64,000 nt of DNA, taken from assembly GCA_043228905.1 (NCBI GenBank), contig JBHGNT010000008.1:21886001-21950000 (forward strand). The letters run 5' to 3'. The translations under genes were made by a program, and so were the position numbers. Below the pieces are notes generated by a model, which had not been told where the DNA came from, searched no databases, and saw nothing but the letters and a program-made list of their open reading frames with translations. The DNA comes from Azolla caroliniana. Lineage: Eukaryota; Plantae; Polypodiophyta. Within the stretch, counting starts at the first letter, position 1, and every line of letters starts with the position of its first letter. Of this stretch, positions 12,670 to 23,700 are shown one piece after another.

Positions 12670-15600
12670 TATTAGCCCTAGTCCTAGCCCTTGGAGTTTG
12701 AGATCAAACTCTCAAACCTCTCTATTATTACTCCATGCATATCTTTTTCTTTAACTAGATGCCATCGTGTTGCCAGACAACCTTACCAGTTCAGCTACAT
12801 CTTGGTCCCTCGCACTCAACAAAAGCTTCTCACAAAGCATCAATATGCTTCACATGTAGAGAACCAAGAAACAAAACACACGACAATATATATATATATA
12901 TATATATATGTCATATCAAACCCGAAACCAAGGTATCGAAACGAAATCAGGGTCATACGAAGACGAGAGGACCGAATTATGTATGTGATTGAAGAGATAC
13001 ATGGTCGGTCGGGTAATGAAAATGAGATCGAGACATCATCGAAGGTGAGGTTTAGGGTTTTTGGGGTTATAATTCGGAGGTGGGTCCCGAGATCGAATCC
13101 TAGTTTTTACATGGACCAGCAGCCAACACTCACATAAATTTGGTCACTGAAAATCATCATCATCATCAAACCCTGAGTAAGTTCTTGAAGCTTTCTTTGA
13201 TTTTTCAGGGATTTTGCTCAGGAAATGGCTTTATATGAGGTTTAGGATTTAGGGTTTTGGGATTGTAATCTTAGTCGGGTACTGAAAATGAGATCGAGAC
13301 ATCATCGAAGGTGAGGTTTTAGGGTTTAGGGTTTTTGGGGTTATAATTCGGAGGTGGGTCCTGAGATCGAATCCTAGTTTTTACATGAACCAGCAGCCAA
13401 CACTCACATAAATTTGGTCACTGAAAATCATCATCATCATCAAACCCTGAGTAAGTTCTTGAAGCTTTCTTTGATTTTTCAGGGATTTTGCTATGAGGTT
13501 TAGGATTTAGGGTTTTGGGATTGTAATCTTAGTCGAGTCTCCAGATCGAATCCGAGTTCTTTCATGGAGCAGCAGTCAACACTCACACAAATTTGGTCAC
13601 TGAAAATCATCATCATCAAATCCTAAGTAAGTTCTCGAAGCTCTCTTTGAATTTTTAGGGATTTTGAGGTTTAGGGTTTAGGGTCTTGAGGTCGAACCTG
13701 AGTTTTTTCATGGACTAACCACCACTCAGCTAAATTTGGTCACTGAAAATCATCATCATTAAACCCTAAATATGCTCTTGAAGCTATCGAAATGGTTTTA
13801 TGTGAAGTTTAGGGTTTTGGAATTAGAATCGGAGTCGGGTCTTAATATCAAATCTGGGTTTTTTTCATGGACCAGCCAATACTTACACAAAGTTGGTCAC
13901 TGAAAATAATCATCATCATCAATTCCTAACTAAGTTCTTGAAGCTCTCTTTGCTGAGGAAATGGTTTTATGCGAGGTTTAGGGTTTAGGTTTTTGAGATC
14001 AGTATCGGTGTCAGGCCTTGAGATCCAATCCAATTTTTTTCATGAACTAGCCATCACTCACACAAGTTGGTCACTGAAAATCATCATTATCAAACCCTAA
14101 AGTAAGTTCTTGAAGCTCTCTTTATATTTTAAGGGATTTTGCTGAGGAAATGGTTTCTGTGCTTTTCTTTGTTTAGGGTTTGCTTGAAGCTCGCCGTTCC
14201 ACCTTCCCATCTGGAATTAAGTCTCTGTCAGATTATGCTCATTCTCGAGGTCTCAAGCTCGGTCTATACTCTGATGCAGGGTAAGGAGATGATCTAAGGA
14301 TGTTCTTCTCTCTCTTTCTCCCCCTTCTTTTATCATCTGTTATTCCATTTGTTGATGTTCTTGAATGATGAATTTCATTCCTTGTTTTTTTTTGCTGTCT
14401 TCTTCGTCTCTGATCAGGACGAAAACGTGCCAAGGACAGCCTGGATCTCTTCACTACGAGCAGCAAGATGCTTCCACCTTTGCTTCCTGGGTAAGTTATC
14501 CCTACTCTCAAGAAGAGAGTGAGAGAGAGATACTATGCTATGATAGTTATTATCATCCACGGAGGGTCAATCAACTAGTTTTGAGGGTTTTTTCTTGAGA
14601 GTTGGCTGATATGACGCTTATTATCGTCCACAGGCAGGCCAATTAATTAGTTTCAGCGTGGGGTGTTCAATAGATTGAGATGATATTATATGATGTTTAT
14701 GTCATCCACGGGCCAAATTGACTAGTTTTGACCACATGGTAGAAATTCAACTAGTTTTGGTGGATCCTTAAAGAAAGATAGTGATGTATCATGATGCTAT
14801 TTATCTTCCTCAACAGGGCCAATCGACTAGTTTTTGTGGATCCTTATATCTATATATCTATATATCAATATATCAATATATCAATATATCTATATATCTA
14901 TATATCTATATATCTATATATCTATATATGATATGGTCCAAGGTTTATTAGTCCACAAGAGGATCCCATCAACTGGTTGGATGATATGGGACATAGTGTG
15001 ATATTTATTATTGCCAACAAAGAGCTTATCTGCTAGTTTTAATGGATTCTTAGAAAGCATAATCCAAAGTTCATTATTTCTTTTGAGAAGTGAAAGAAAA
15101 AAAGTAGTCGTCTTTGAAAGGTTACTTTTTTAGAACTAGAATACTAATTGCTTTATATGAAGCAGATAAATAACGAGCTCTTCGATCTGAAAAGAACTGT
15201 ATAACTGGAAGTTTAAATCATGAATATCTTTTTCATTATATTTCATATTTGTTTTTGTGCGCGTGCGCGCACGTTTTGTATCAGACTAGGATAAAATGTA
15301 AGAAATAGTTAGGATCTTACAATCCTTGTGGTGGAAATCGAATTAAGAAGAAATAGTTAGGATGTTACCCTAAAGCCCCTATTTTCCCCTTTCCCTTTGC
15401 AAGGGAAAATTTCATTTCACCTTTTGGGTACAATGTGATGTGGTGACCTTGGTTTCTCTGACCAGGTTAAAGAGTCTCAGCAATTTGCAAAAATAATTAA
15501 AAACAGAAAGAAAATCATATTTACTTCCATGGAATACTACAAAGGCATACAGGATCATTTTCATGTGCAAACGTAATTTGTTTTCACACAAGTATCTTAA

Positions 15601-17306
15601 ACAACAGCTATAGTTTGGTGCAAAGAGAGAGAAATATCTTCTTTCTTCCGGAGAATGTTTTCAATTCATATGAGAGAGAAATTATCATCATGTATGATTT
15701 GCAGGGTATTGACTACCTCAAATATGACAATTGTTATAATAAGAAATTACCTGTTCAAACAAGGTACCATCTTCGTAAACTAATCATTGTATTCTGTAGC
15801 TAGATTTCCTTTGTCAGTTTTCTGGATTGCAATATTTTGTAACCTTTCCATCATATGGTCAGGTTCAAATGGATGAGTGAAGCTCTCCTGAACACTGGAC
15901 GGTCTATTTTCTTTTCAATATGCGAGTGGTGAGTAAAAACTTGAAGGTTTAGCAAAAAGTAAATTTTGTAGCTGAAAATTATTCAGTCATGCTATTGCAT
16001 TCATGGTTGTGTGTTGATAATATTTCAAGAGTTGTGACGTTGTGGTGGAACCTATGTTTGCTATTGCATTTGTAACCACGAATTGCTTGTATTTGAGAGT
16101 GGTGCATTCTAAAAAGGTGACCTAATTTCTTTTGAGTATGTGAATGATGAGCAATGAAAATGGAGGTTAGGTGAAATGTATGTTTTCTCATAAAAAAAAT
16201 CCTTATTTCTATTCCAATTCTCATTGTGGATTGCTAGTATTTGAGTCTGTGTCTCTCATTAACACGGAACAACCTGTCTTCTTTTCAATACTTCAATGGT
16301 GGGTCATGAGGTTGAAAGATAGGTAAATGTATATTTTTATTTAAGATTTTATTTCTTGCTATCCCTTTTATAAGTGGAACGTTGGTAACTAAGAATATTG
16401 ATCTCATTTGGAATATTTGGTAGACCAACTTTATTGGTTGTCAACGGTATTTATGCTTGATACACACAACTTAGGGGATCTCTCCAGTTCTTTGCATGGA
16501 TTTCTCATGGTGGCTTCCTAGTGTTTGAAGAAAAATTTCTGTTTTTTAGTGTAATTTTAATGTATTGATGCATGACCTCCCTTGTTGAGTGCAATAAAAA
16601 GTATTTGCTCTCTGATGATACATTCTTCTAATATAAAGGGGTCGAGAAAATCCTGCAACATGGGCTGGAAAACTTGGGAATAGTTGGCGTACAACACAGG
16701 ATATAAAGGACAGTTGGAGCAGGTTGTGGAGATGGCTATCTTTTTCCCTTTTCTTTTCTATTGTATGGCAAATTGATTGGATAAAACTGGCAAAACATGA
16801 TTATCCTAAGGTAGTGCTATATGGCTAGATAGAGTGCTTGTTGTTTTATCCATAGTAAGGTTCCTTTTGTTTTATAATGGTAGTATGAAGGTTCGTGCTG
16901 ATCAGAATAACATATGGGCAGCTTATGCTGGTCCTGGAGGCTGGAATGGTAGGCCGAAGCAAGCATAATGATTTTATGTCAGTCATACTGTATATTATAC
17001 GTGAAGTGAACATTGTAAGGCCTATCTCACAGATCCCGACATGCTAGAGGTTGGAAATGGTGGAATGACAAAAGAGCAATATCGATCCCATTTCAGTGTT
17101 TGGGCCCTGATGAAGGTATGTAGAGGGTGTATGACAAATAGTCTATGTTGGGACCATGGATGGTATCACAATAATCCATTCATGGTGTCTACAAGTGTAA
17201 AGATACAAAGAGACATAGAAACGAATACAAGCAATCTAATTATAATTGTGGAAGCATGAAGCTTTCCAATATGAGAATAGGTGATATGGGATGCAGTGGG
17301 GTGCTC

Positions 17307-17352
<46 letters not shown>

Positions 17353-18283
17353 GCTATGTGATGGAAGCTCATAAGATCCTAGCAGAGAGGTTGGAAATGT
17401 TGCAATGACTAAAGAAACAATGTAAATCACATTATCTATTGAAAGCTTGACCCAGTGTGTTGTTGATGTTGAAATGTTGTCCATGTAGGCCCCTCTTCTT
17501 ATTGGGTGTGATATCATCAGTATGGATGGTGATACTTATGAGATATTGAGCAATCCAGAGGTTATTGCAGTAAATCAAGGTAAATAGTTTGTGCTCAGAG
17601 GTTGTCACGGCAATGTTTTAGTGCTCAATTATGATGGTGTTTTTTTATTGTAGACCCTTTAGGAGTTCAGGGAAAGAAATTGTACCAGTATGGGCCTTCC
17701 AAGAAACTAGAGGTTTGTCTTTAGCTACAGATACCTATATTTAGACATGATATAGAAACTTTCATTCTTTCATTTCTTGTTTGCTTGTTTTCCTTAAGGT
17801 ATGGGCGGGCCCCCTTTCGGGTGAAAGATTAGCTGTGCTGCTATGGAATAGAAGACATAAGCGTGATGTAATCAAAGTGGACTGGAAGGACCTTCAACTA
17901 GACAACAGAAAATATAAAGTCCGTGATTTGTGGGAGGTAAGCTAGAGCTACATTCTTCTCTAATGTTGTATTCACCATAGAGTTTATTCTTACAGAAGTT
18001 ATATGATAGTATATGAACACAAGTCGACAACTAGTATTGTTTTTCACTTTGAGCTGTATTTGAGTTAGTTTCTGAATCACCGTTTAGGTATCAAGTACTT
18101 TGAAATCATAAGGTTAACTAGTACATGCTGATTGTTCTGTGTTCTATCGATTCAAGGTTCACATGTTTCTTTGTTTTCGAATTGGATTTGTAGCATATTG
18201 ATCTTCAAGGAGAGTGGACTGAAACCTTTGAAGCCCAAGTAGATGCCTATGCAATCAAAATGTATATATTCAGCAAGATATGA
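7778..18283 (+). CDS. AGAL: Alpha-galactosidase (glycoside hydrolase family 27), secreted, 15 exons
   Basis: Exons: 7778-7920, 9201-9259, 9473-9529, 10647-10681, 14177-14280, 14418-14490, 15705-15763, 15863-15928, 16639-16722, 16884-16948, 17033-17115, 17489-17579, 17654-17712, 17799-17936, 18194-18283, all GT-AG and phase-consistent. The translation has a signal peptide ([28 protein letters not shown]), [43 protein letters not shown] (nucleophile Asp), NSWRTTQDI (acid/base Asp), [11 protein letters not shown] and APLLIGCD. Confidence 0.96.
8120..9195. repeat. Degenerate ~10-bp periodic repeat (GGTTAATTAA/GGTTGATTAA) filling AGAL intron 1
   Basis: TTAAGG/TTGAT units recur throughout. A higher-order unit AAGGTTAAGTGAGCTTGAGAAAAGTTGG is repeated at 8696-9130. 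Confidence 0.8.
12205..12810. repeat. Four diverged copies of a ~75-bp motif plus a (CA)n(CT)n microsatellite, AGAL intron 4
   Basis: GAGACCAAACTTTC...CCTCTCTATTACTCC...TAACTAGATGCCAT near 12210, 12340, 12490 and 12695. Microsatellite at about 12595-12667. Confidence 0.75.
13010..14160. repeat. Tandem array of six units (~145-275 bp spacing) containing telomere-like TTTAGGG motifs, AGAL intron 4
   Basis: The anchor GGTCACTGAAAATCATCATCATCAAACCCT recurs at about 13142, 13416, 13595, 13738, 13895 and 14069. The first two units form a near-identical ~270-bp duplication. Confidence 0.88.
14545..15050. repeat. Degenerate repeat (TTATCATCCAC...CAACTAGTTTT) with a TATATC microsatellite, AGAL intron 6
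   Basis: About 5-6 diverged copies are visible, with a (TATATC/TATATCAA)n tract at about 14845-14930. Confidence 0.6.
17376..17455 (+). pseudogene. Degenerate duplicate (pseudo-exon) of AGAL exon 11
   Basis: ag|ATCCTAGCAGAGAGGTTGGAAATGTTGCAATGACTAAAGAAACAATGTAAATCACATT aligns by eye to exon 11 ag|ATCCCGACATGCTAGAGGTTGGAAATGGTGGAATGACAAAAGAGCAATATCGATCCCATTT, with indels and no matching donor. Confidence 0.75.
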
Positions 18284-18999
18284 GAGTTGAAAGACATTTT
18301 TGGCGGACAGAGTTGTGTTTGATGCAATGTCTTGGAATATGGATTTTTTCAGCTCATGGGATGGAAGCTAAAGCGGCGGCAAATGTATACAGAGTAGAGA
18401 TTGGTATTGGGCTAACTGATTATCCTTTAACTTCTGTATATCAATCCAATATATTTAGAATATCCTTCACATTGGAATGTGGTATATAATTATAGACAAA
18501 TATATTCAATATGCAATTGGGTTTTCATACATTTTTCTCATTAAATCATTCATATATTAATAGCCAGGGTGTCACAGATTATGGTGGACATTAAACAAAT
18601 ACATATTTAGCTTTATGAGTATCTATTGGATCGTTTATCTTCAGTGCATATTGGTAGGATTGTTGTTCCGGTTTATTATGAAAGCCATTATAAATGTCTC
18701 ACTGCATTGGAATGATCTAAATACCTCCATAATCGTAAGGATGCTTAATACTTTGATAGGCAGCCCCAAAAGCTAATAATTGGTTCTCTTAAATTCTTGT
18801 AAAAGGTCAAATAATGCACATAAAAGACTTCATACAAAATTTTGTATCATACATTGTGAAAAGCTCGAAATGTTTTTCCAGCTAATCGCATCAGGTTTTG
18901 TACGTCTAAGAGATTATTAAGAAGATGATGAATTGTGCTATAAAGGGTATCCAAAAGGTGGCATGATCATAGTGTGCATCATATATGGGATGTGTATTA

Positions 19000-19790
19000 G
19001 ATGTTGAGGTTGTTGTGATAGAGTGTAGGACTGTAGAGCAAGGAAAGTGTATGTGACAGTAAATGATGCATATGAAACTAGATATAGTAGTGTTGGAACC
19101 AAAGGAGCTAGGATAAGGTTGTTAAAATATGTTTCTTCCTACATGGCCAAAACTAGATGAGTACATGTTGATGTGTAGAGTTCCTTAATTCAAGAGATAT
19201 ATGCTCATGGAGAGTGGAGATGGATGTTGAATGTGCCTAAATAACATTGTACATAAAATCTCCTCCATAGAATGTGGCATCAAATCAAGTGAGAGGTAGC
19301 ATGCTATGTGAGTTGTTGTAAGAGGACTCAATATTGTGGGTGGGTCCTCTTGATATTGTCCATTGGTAAGGTTGTTTCAAGTGAAACAAATATCATTGAG
19401 ATTCATAGTTTAAATGGTTAATGCTTCACATACAATGAGGTTGTGAGCTAAAGACACATTAATGAAGTGGAAGAGCACTTAATGCTTTGGCATGAGAGGT
19501 CATGAAGCTCGGTTATGGTCTAGGACTATGAAGTGGCCGATTTGGTGCACTAGTATGACTTCACCTTTGTTTATATATTTGATTTGCGATGATGTGAGGA
19601 TTTTCCACAAATTGAAACTTTGTGGTGTCAAGTTTACTACTCACAAAGTGCTTTGTGTGGCTTGAACTCATTCGTTCCTTGAGGAAGTTGGAGGAGGATG
19701 GGCTCTCAATTGGAAGATATTTTATTCAGTTTCCCATGGATGGATTGCGACCATTTTTTGTTCAATTGCCAAAGAGGGTGTTCTGGAGGG
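19000..19790 (+). mobile_element. Possible degenerate Ty1/Copia relic
   Basis: Traces of LWHER (about 19485) and DLVH (about 19540) resemble GAG-pre-integrase/integrase motifs. Frames are broken. Confidence 0.35.
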
Positions 19791-19799
19791 ACTCCAAAG

Positions 19800-19917
19800 A
19801 CATACATACATGCATGCATGCATACTTATATCATATATGATTCTATCCATACATGTTCATACACAAACATACATACATGCATACATACATATGCATACAC
19901 GTTGCAAACAAACATAC

Positions 19918-19948
<31 letters not shown>

Positions 19949-20201
19949 TATATCTACATGTACACATACACATACACAAACAAACATACATGCATACATA
20001 CATACATATGCATACACATCGCAAATAAACAAACATATATCCACATACATACACATATATGTACATGTACATATACATATGCATGTACATCCATACATAT
20101 TCATACACAAACATAAATACATATGCATACACGTCCCAAACAGACAAACATATATACACATACATACATACATACACATACACATGCACATGCACATGCA
20201 G

Positions 20202-20286
<85 letters not shown>

Positions 20287-20412
20287 TACATACATACATA
20301 CATACAATTGGGCTAGCACAAACATAAATACATATGCATACACGTCCCAAACAGACAAACATATATACACATACATACATACATACACATACACATGCAC
20401 ATGCACATGCAC

Positions 20413-20473
<61 letters not shown>

Positions 20474-20502
20474 TACATACATACATACATACAATTGGGC
20501 TA
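19800..20502. repeat. Compound microsatellite (TACACA/TACA)n with an internal ~190-bp duplication
   Basis: Long (TACACA)n runs. The block CACAAACATAAATACATATGCATACACGTCCCAAAC...ACAATTGGGCTAG occurs twice (about 20106-20316 and 20317-20503). Confidence 0.95.
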
Positions 20503-20744
20503 GTTTTGTAAATTGCCTCCGAAAGCAAGAAGAAAAACGCAAAAAAGCAACGTAGATAAAAGTTTAACAACACAAAAGTTCACCTCCTTTCTTCTTCTTC
20601 TTCGCTCCTTCCCTCCCTCCCGAGAGAGAGCGAGTGAAAAGGAACAGCTTCGCGTCTGCGTGACCTAAACCTAAACCTAAACCTAAACCTAAACCTTCCC
20701 TGCTTCTTCTGCATCCCCCTCCCTTTTGCTTGTTCGCCGCGGGT

Positions 20745-23700
20745 ATGGCGTCTCCAGGTAAGCACAACTCTTCGTCTCTTCTTCTTTGCTCATTCATTCA
20801 TTCTATCTTCTTCTCTGCCGGCGTGGATTCTCCAGGTAAGTACAAATCTTTCTTCGTCTTCTTCTTCTGCCTCTTCCGTCTTCTTCTCGATCTTTCTGTC
20901 TTCTTCCTTTTCTGTGCTCTGATAATTTCCGTTTTCTTATCTGTTGTTTTTTGTTCCTCAGCTCCGCTCTCATTTGCTCAAATCGCTGCCACTGAGGAAG
21001 TCGCCACACCCCTCCGTGTTGTGCAAATTGATGGCCTGGTGAGGATTTTCTCATCTCTGCTTTTCCTCATAAATATCTAGATGTTGAAAATGTTGTACTT
21101 GAAAAATGTTCGTTTTTTCCTTCAGAAATCTCTAGTTCCTTGGATGAATGTTTTCGTTCCAATTATCCGAATTTAAGGCCTTACTGAATTTATGCAAAGA
21201 ATGCACCCTTTAGCTAGTTTGTCTGCTAATCCTCTTTTTAATAGAGGAGCTATAAGTTTTTCATGGATATTTTCCTTCATAATCGTCAGATTCAATGCAT
21301 TATTTCTTCATAGTCTTCAGATTGTAAGGAGTTGTTCCTCCATACTAGCCAGATTTAAGGCATTATTATGCTTTGCAACCGTTAAAAGGATCTATAACTG
21401 TTTATTATGAAAAGGATCCATGACACACCAGAGCACTGATTTATGGAACTTCAATCATCTCGTGGTTTTTCACCATGGATGGTCTGAGCATTGTTTGGAG
21501 TGAATGTCTCTGTGCAGATGCAGAGCTTCAGTGACCTTAGGCACTGTACAATCATGAGAAACTTTGATGTCTTGTAAAGCATTCTATAAGCATGAGAAAC
21601 TTCAGTGTGGTATTAGGTGTTCATGTTAAGGTTTGACATCCCAAGAGGAGTTGGAATATGACCAGATTCATCTGCACTTTCCTTATGCACTTGAAGAAAG
21701 GAATATCTTTGCATTGTACAAATTGTCCGAAATTTTGACATTTTAAGACAGATAAAATATGCTGAGATAAATCTGCACTTATTTTAAATTAAGCTTTGAA
21801 ATATTTTTTAAATTATATAATCCTGACACAATGATTTTGCCATTTCAAATACTGTATGAAAAAAATATAACCTTGGGAAGTTTTACGATGTGAGAACAAT
21901 AATAGTTTAGTTTTAAACAAGCAGAAAAGTTCAGAGTAATAGCTGTAACTTAGTGAGATGCATCACTAAGTTAGTGAGGCTTGAGGCTTGAGGCTTGAGT
22001 TGTAAACAAGCAGAAAAGTTCAGAGTAATCGCAGTAACTTAGTGAGATGCATCACTAAGTTAGTGAGGCTTGAGGCTTGAGGCTTGAGGCTTGAGGCTTG
22101 AGTTGTAAACAAGCAGAAAAGTTCAGAGTAATCGCAGTAACCTAGTGAGATGCATCACTAAGTTAGTGAGGCTTGAGGCTTGAGGCTTGAGGCTTGAGGC
22201 TTGAGTTGTAAACAAGCAGAAAAGTTCAGAGTAATCGCAGTAACTTAGTGAGATGCATCACTAAGTTAGTGAGGCTTGAGGCTTGAGGCTTGAGGCTTGA
22301 GTTGTAAACAAGCAGAAAAGTTCAGAGTAATCGCAGTAACTTAGTGAGATTGCATCACTAAGTTAGTGAGGCTTGAGGCTTGAGGCTTGAGTTGTAAACA
22401 AGCAGAAAAGTTCAGAGTAATCGCAGTAACTTAGTGAGATGCATCACTAAGTTAGTGAGGCTTGAGGCTTGAGGCTTGAGGCTTGAGTTGTAAACAAGCA
22501 GAAAAGTTCAGAGTAATCGCAGTAACTTAGTGAGATGCATCACTAAGTTAGTGAGGCTTGAGGCTTGAGGCTTGAGGCTTGAGGCTTGAGTTGTAAACAA
22601 GCAGAAAAGTTCAGAGGAATCGCAGTAACTTAGTGAGATTGCATCACTAAGTTAGTGAGGCTTGAGGCTTGAGGCTTGAGTTGTAAACAAGCAGAAAAGT
22701 TCAGAGTAATCGCAGTAACTTAGTGAGATGCATCACTAAGTTAGTGAGGCTTGAGGCTTGAGGCTTGAGGCTTGAGGCTTGAGTTGTAAACAAGCAGAAA
22801 AGTTCAGAGTAATCGCAGTAACTTAGTGAGATGCATCACTAAGTTAGTGAGGCTTGAGGCTTGAGGCTTGAGGCTTGAGTTGTAAACAAGCAGAAAAGTT
22901 CAGAGGAATCGCAGTAACTTAGTGAGATTGCATCACTAAGTTAGTGAGGCTTGAGGCTTGAGGCTTGAGGCTTGAGTTGTAAACAAGCAGAAAAGTTCAG
23001 AGTAATCGCAGTAACTTAGTGAGATGCATCACTAAGTTAGTGAGGCTTGAGGCTTGAGGCTTGAGTTGTAAACAAGCAGAAAAGTTCAGAGTAATCGCAG
23101 TAACTTAGTGAGATGCATCACTAAGTTAGTGAGGCTTGAGGCTTGAGACTTGAGGTTAAGTTAGTGAGGCTTGAGGCTTGAGGCTTGAGGTTTGAGTTAT
23201 TGAAACCTAAACATAGAAAAGGTTAGTGACGAGTTCACAATCAGAAGAAAGAGACTGTTGAGTAGTAGCTACTATATCTGGTGCTTGCACAGTCTGGCTG
23301 GCTGAAAACCATTTGTAAATCTCATAATATTGCAAGTCATCAAGAATTCATAATACAGTCATGCACATGATACCTTAAAATATTATCTTATGTCATCTGA
23401 TTACATGTAGTACTAGTCAAGACATCATATGCAATAGAGAAACATGCGCCTTTGTAATATATTATATTTCCTCATGCTGTGAAATCCCATCATAGGAAGA
23501 GCCTTTTACCGACCACTTTCCATATGGAAATAGGAAGCCATATTTATTCCTCTGTGCTTGTATAACCTATTTTCACCTGCTTGATACGCCAGACTCTTCT
23601 TGGATACATTTTTATTAAGAAAATATTTAATTTGTGAAACAGGTGGTGTTGAAGATTATAAAGCACTGCAAAGACTTCATGCCAGCACTTGTGACAGGTC

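Noticed and set aside
19698-20573. Long His/Thr/Cys/Tyr-repeat ORFs on both strands
   Set aside because: They are translations of (TACACA)n microsatellite.
21914-23197. CRISPR array (palindromic repeats with variable spacers)
   Set aside because: Spacers are only different counts of one heptamer, there are no cas genes, and the context is a eukaryotic intron.
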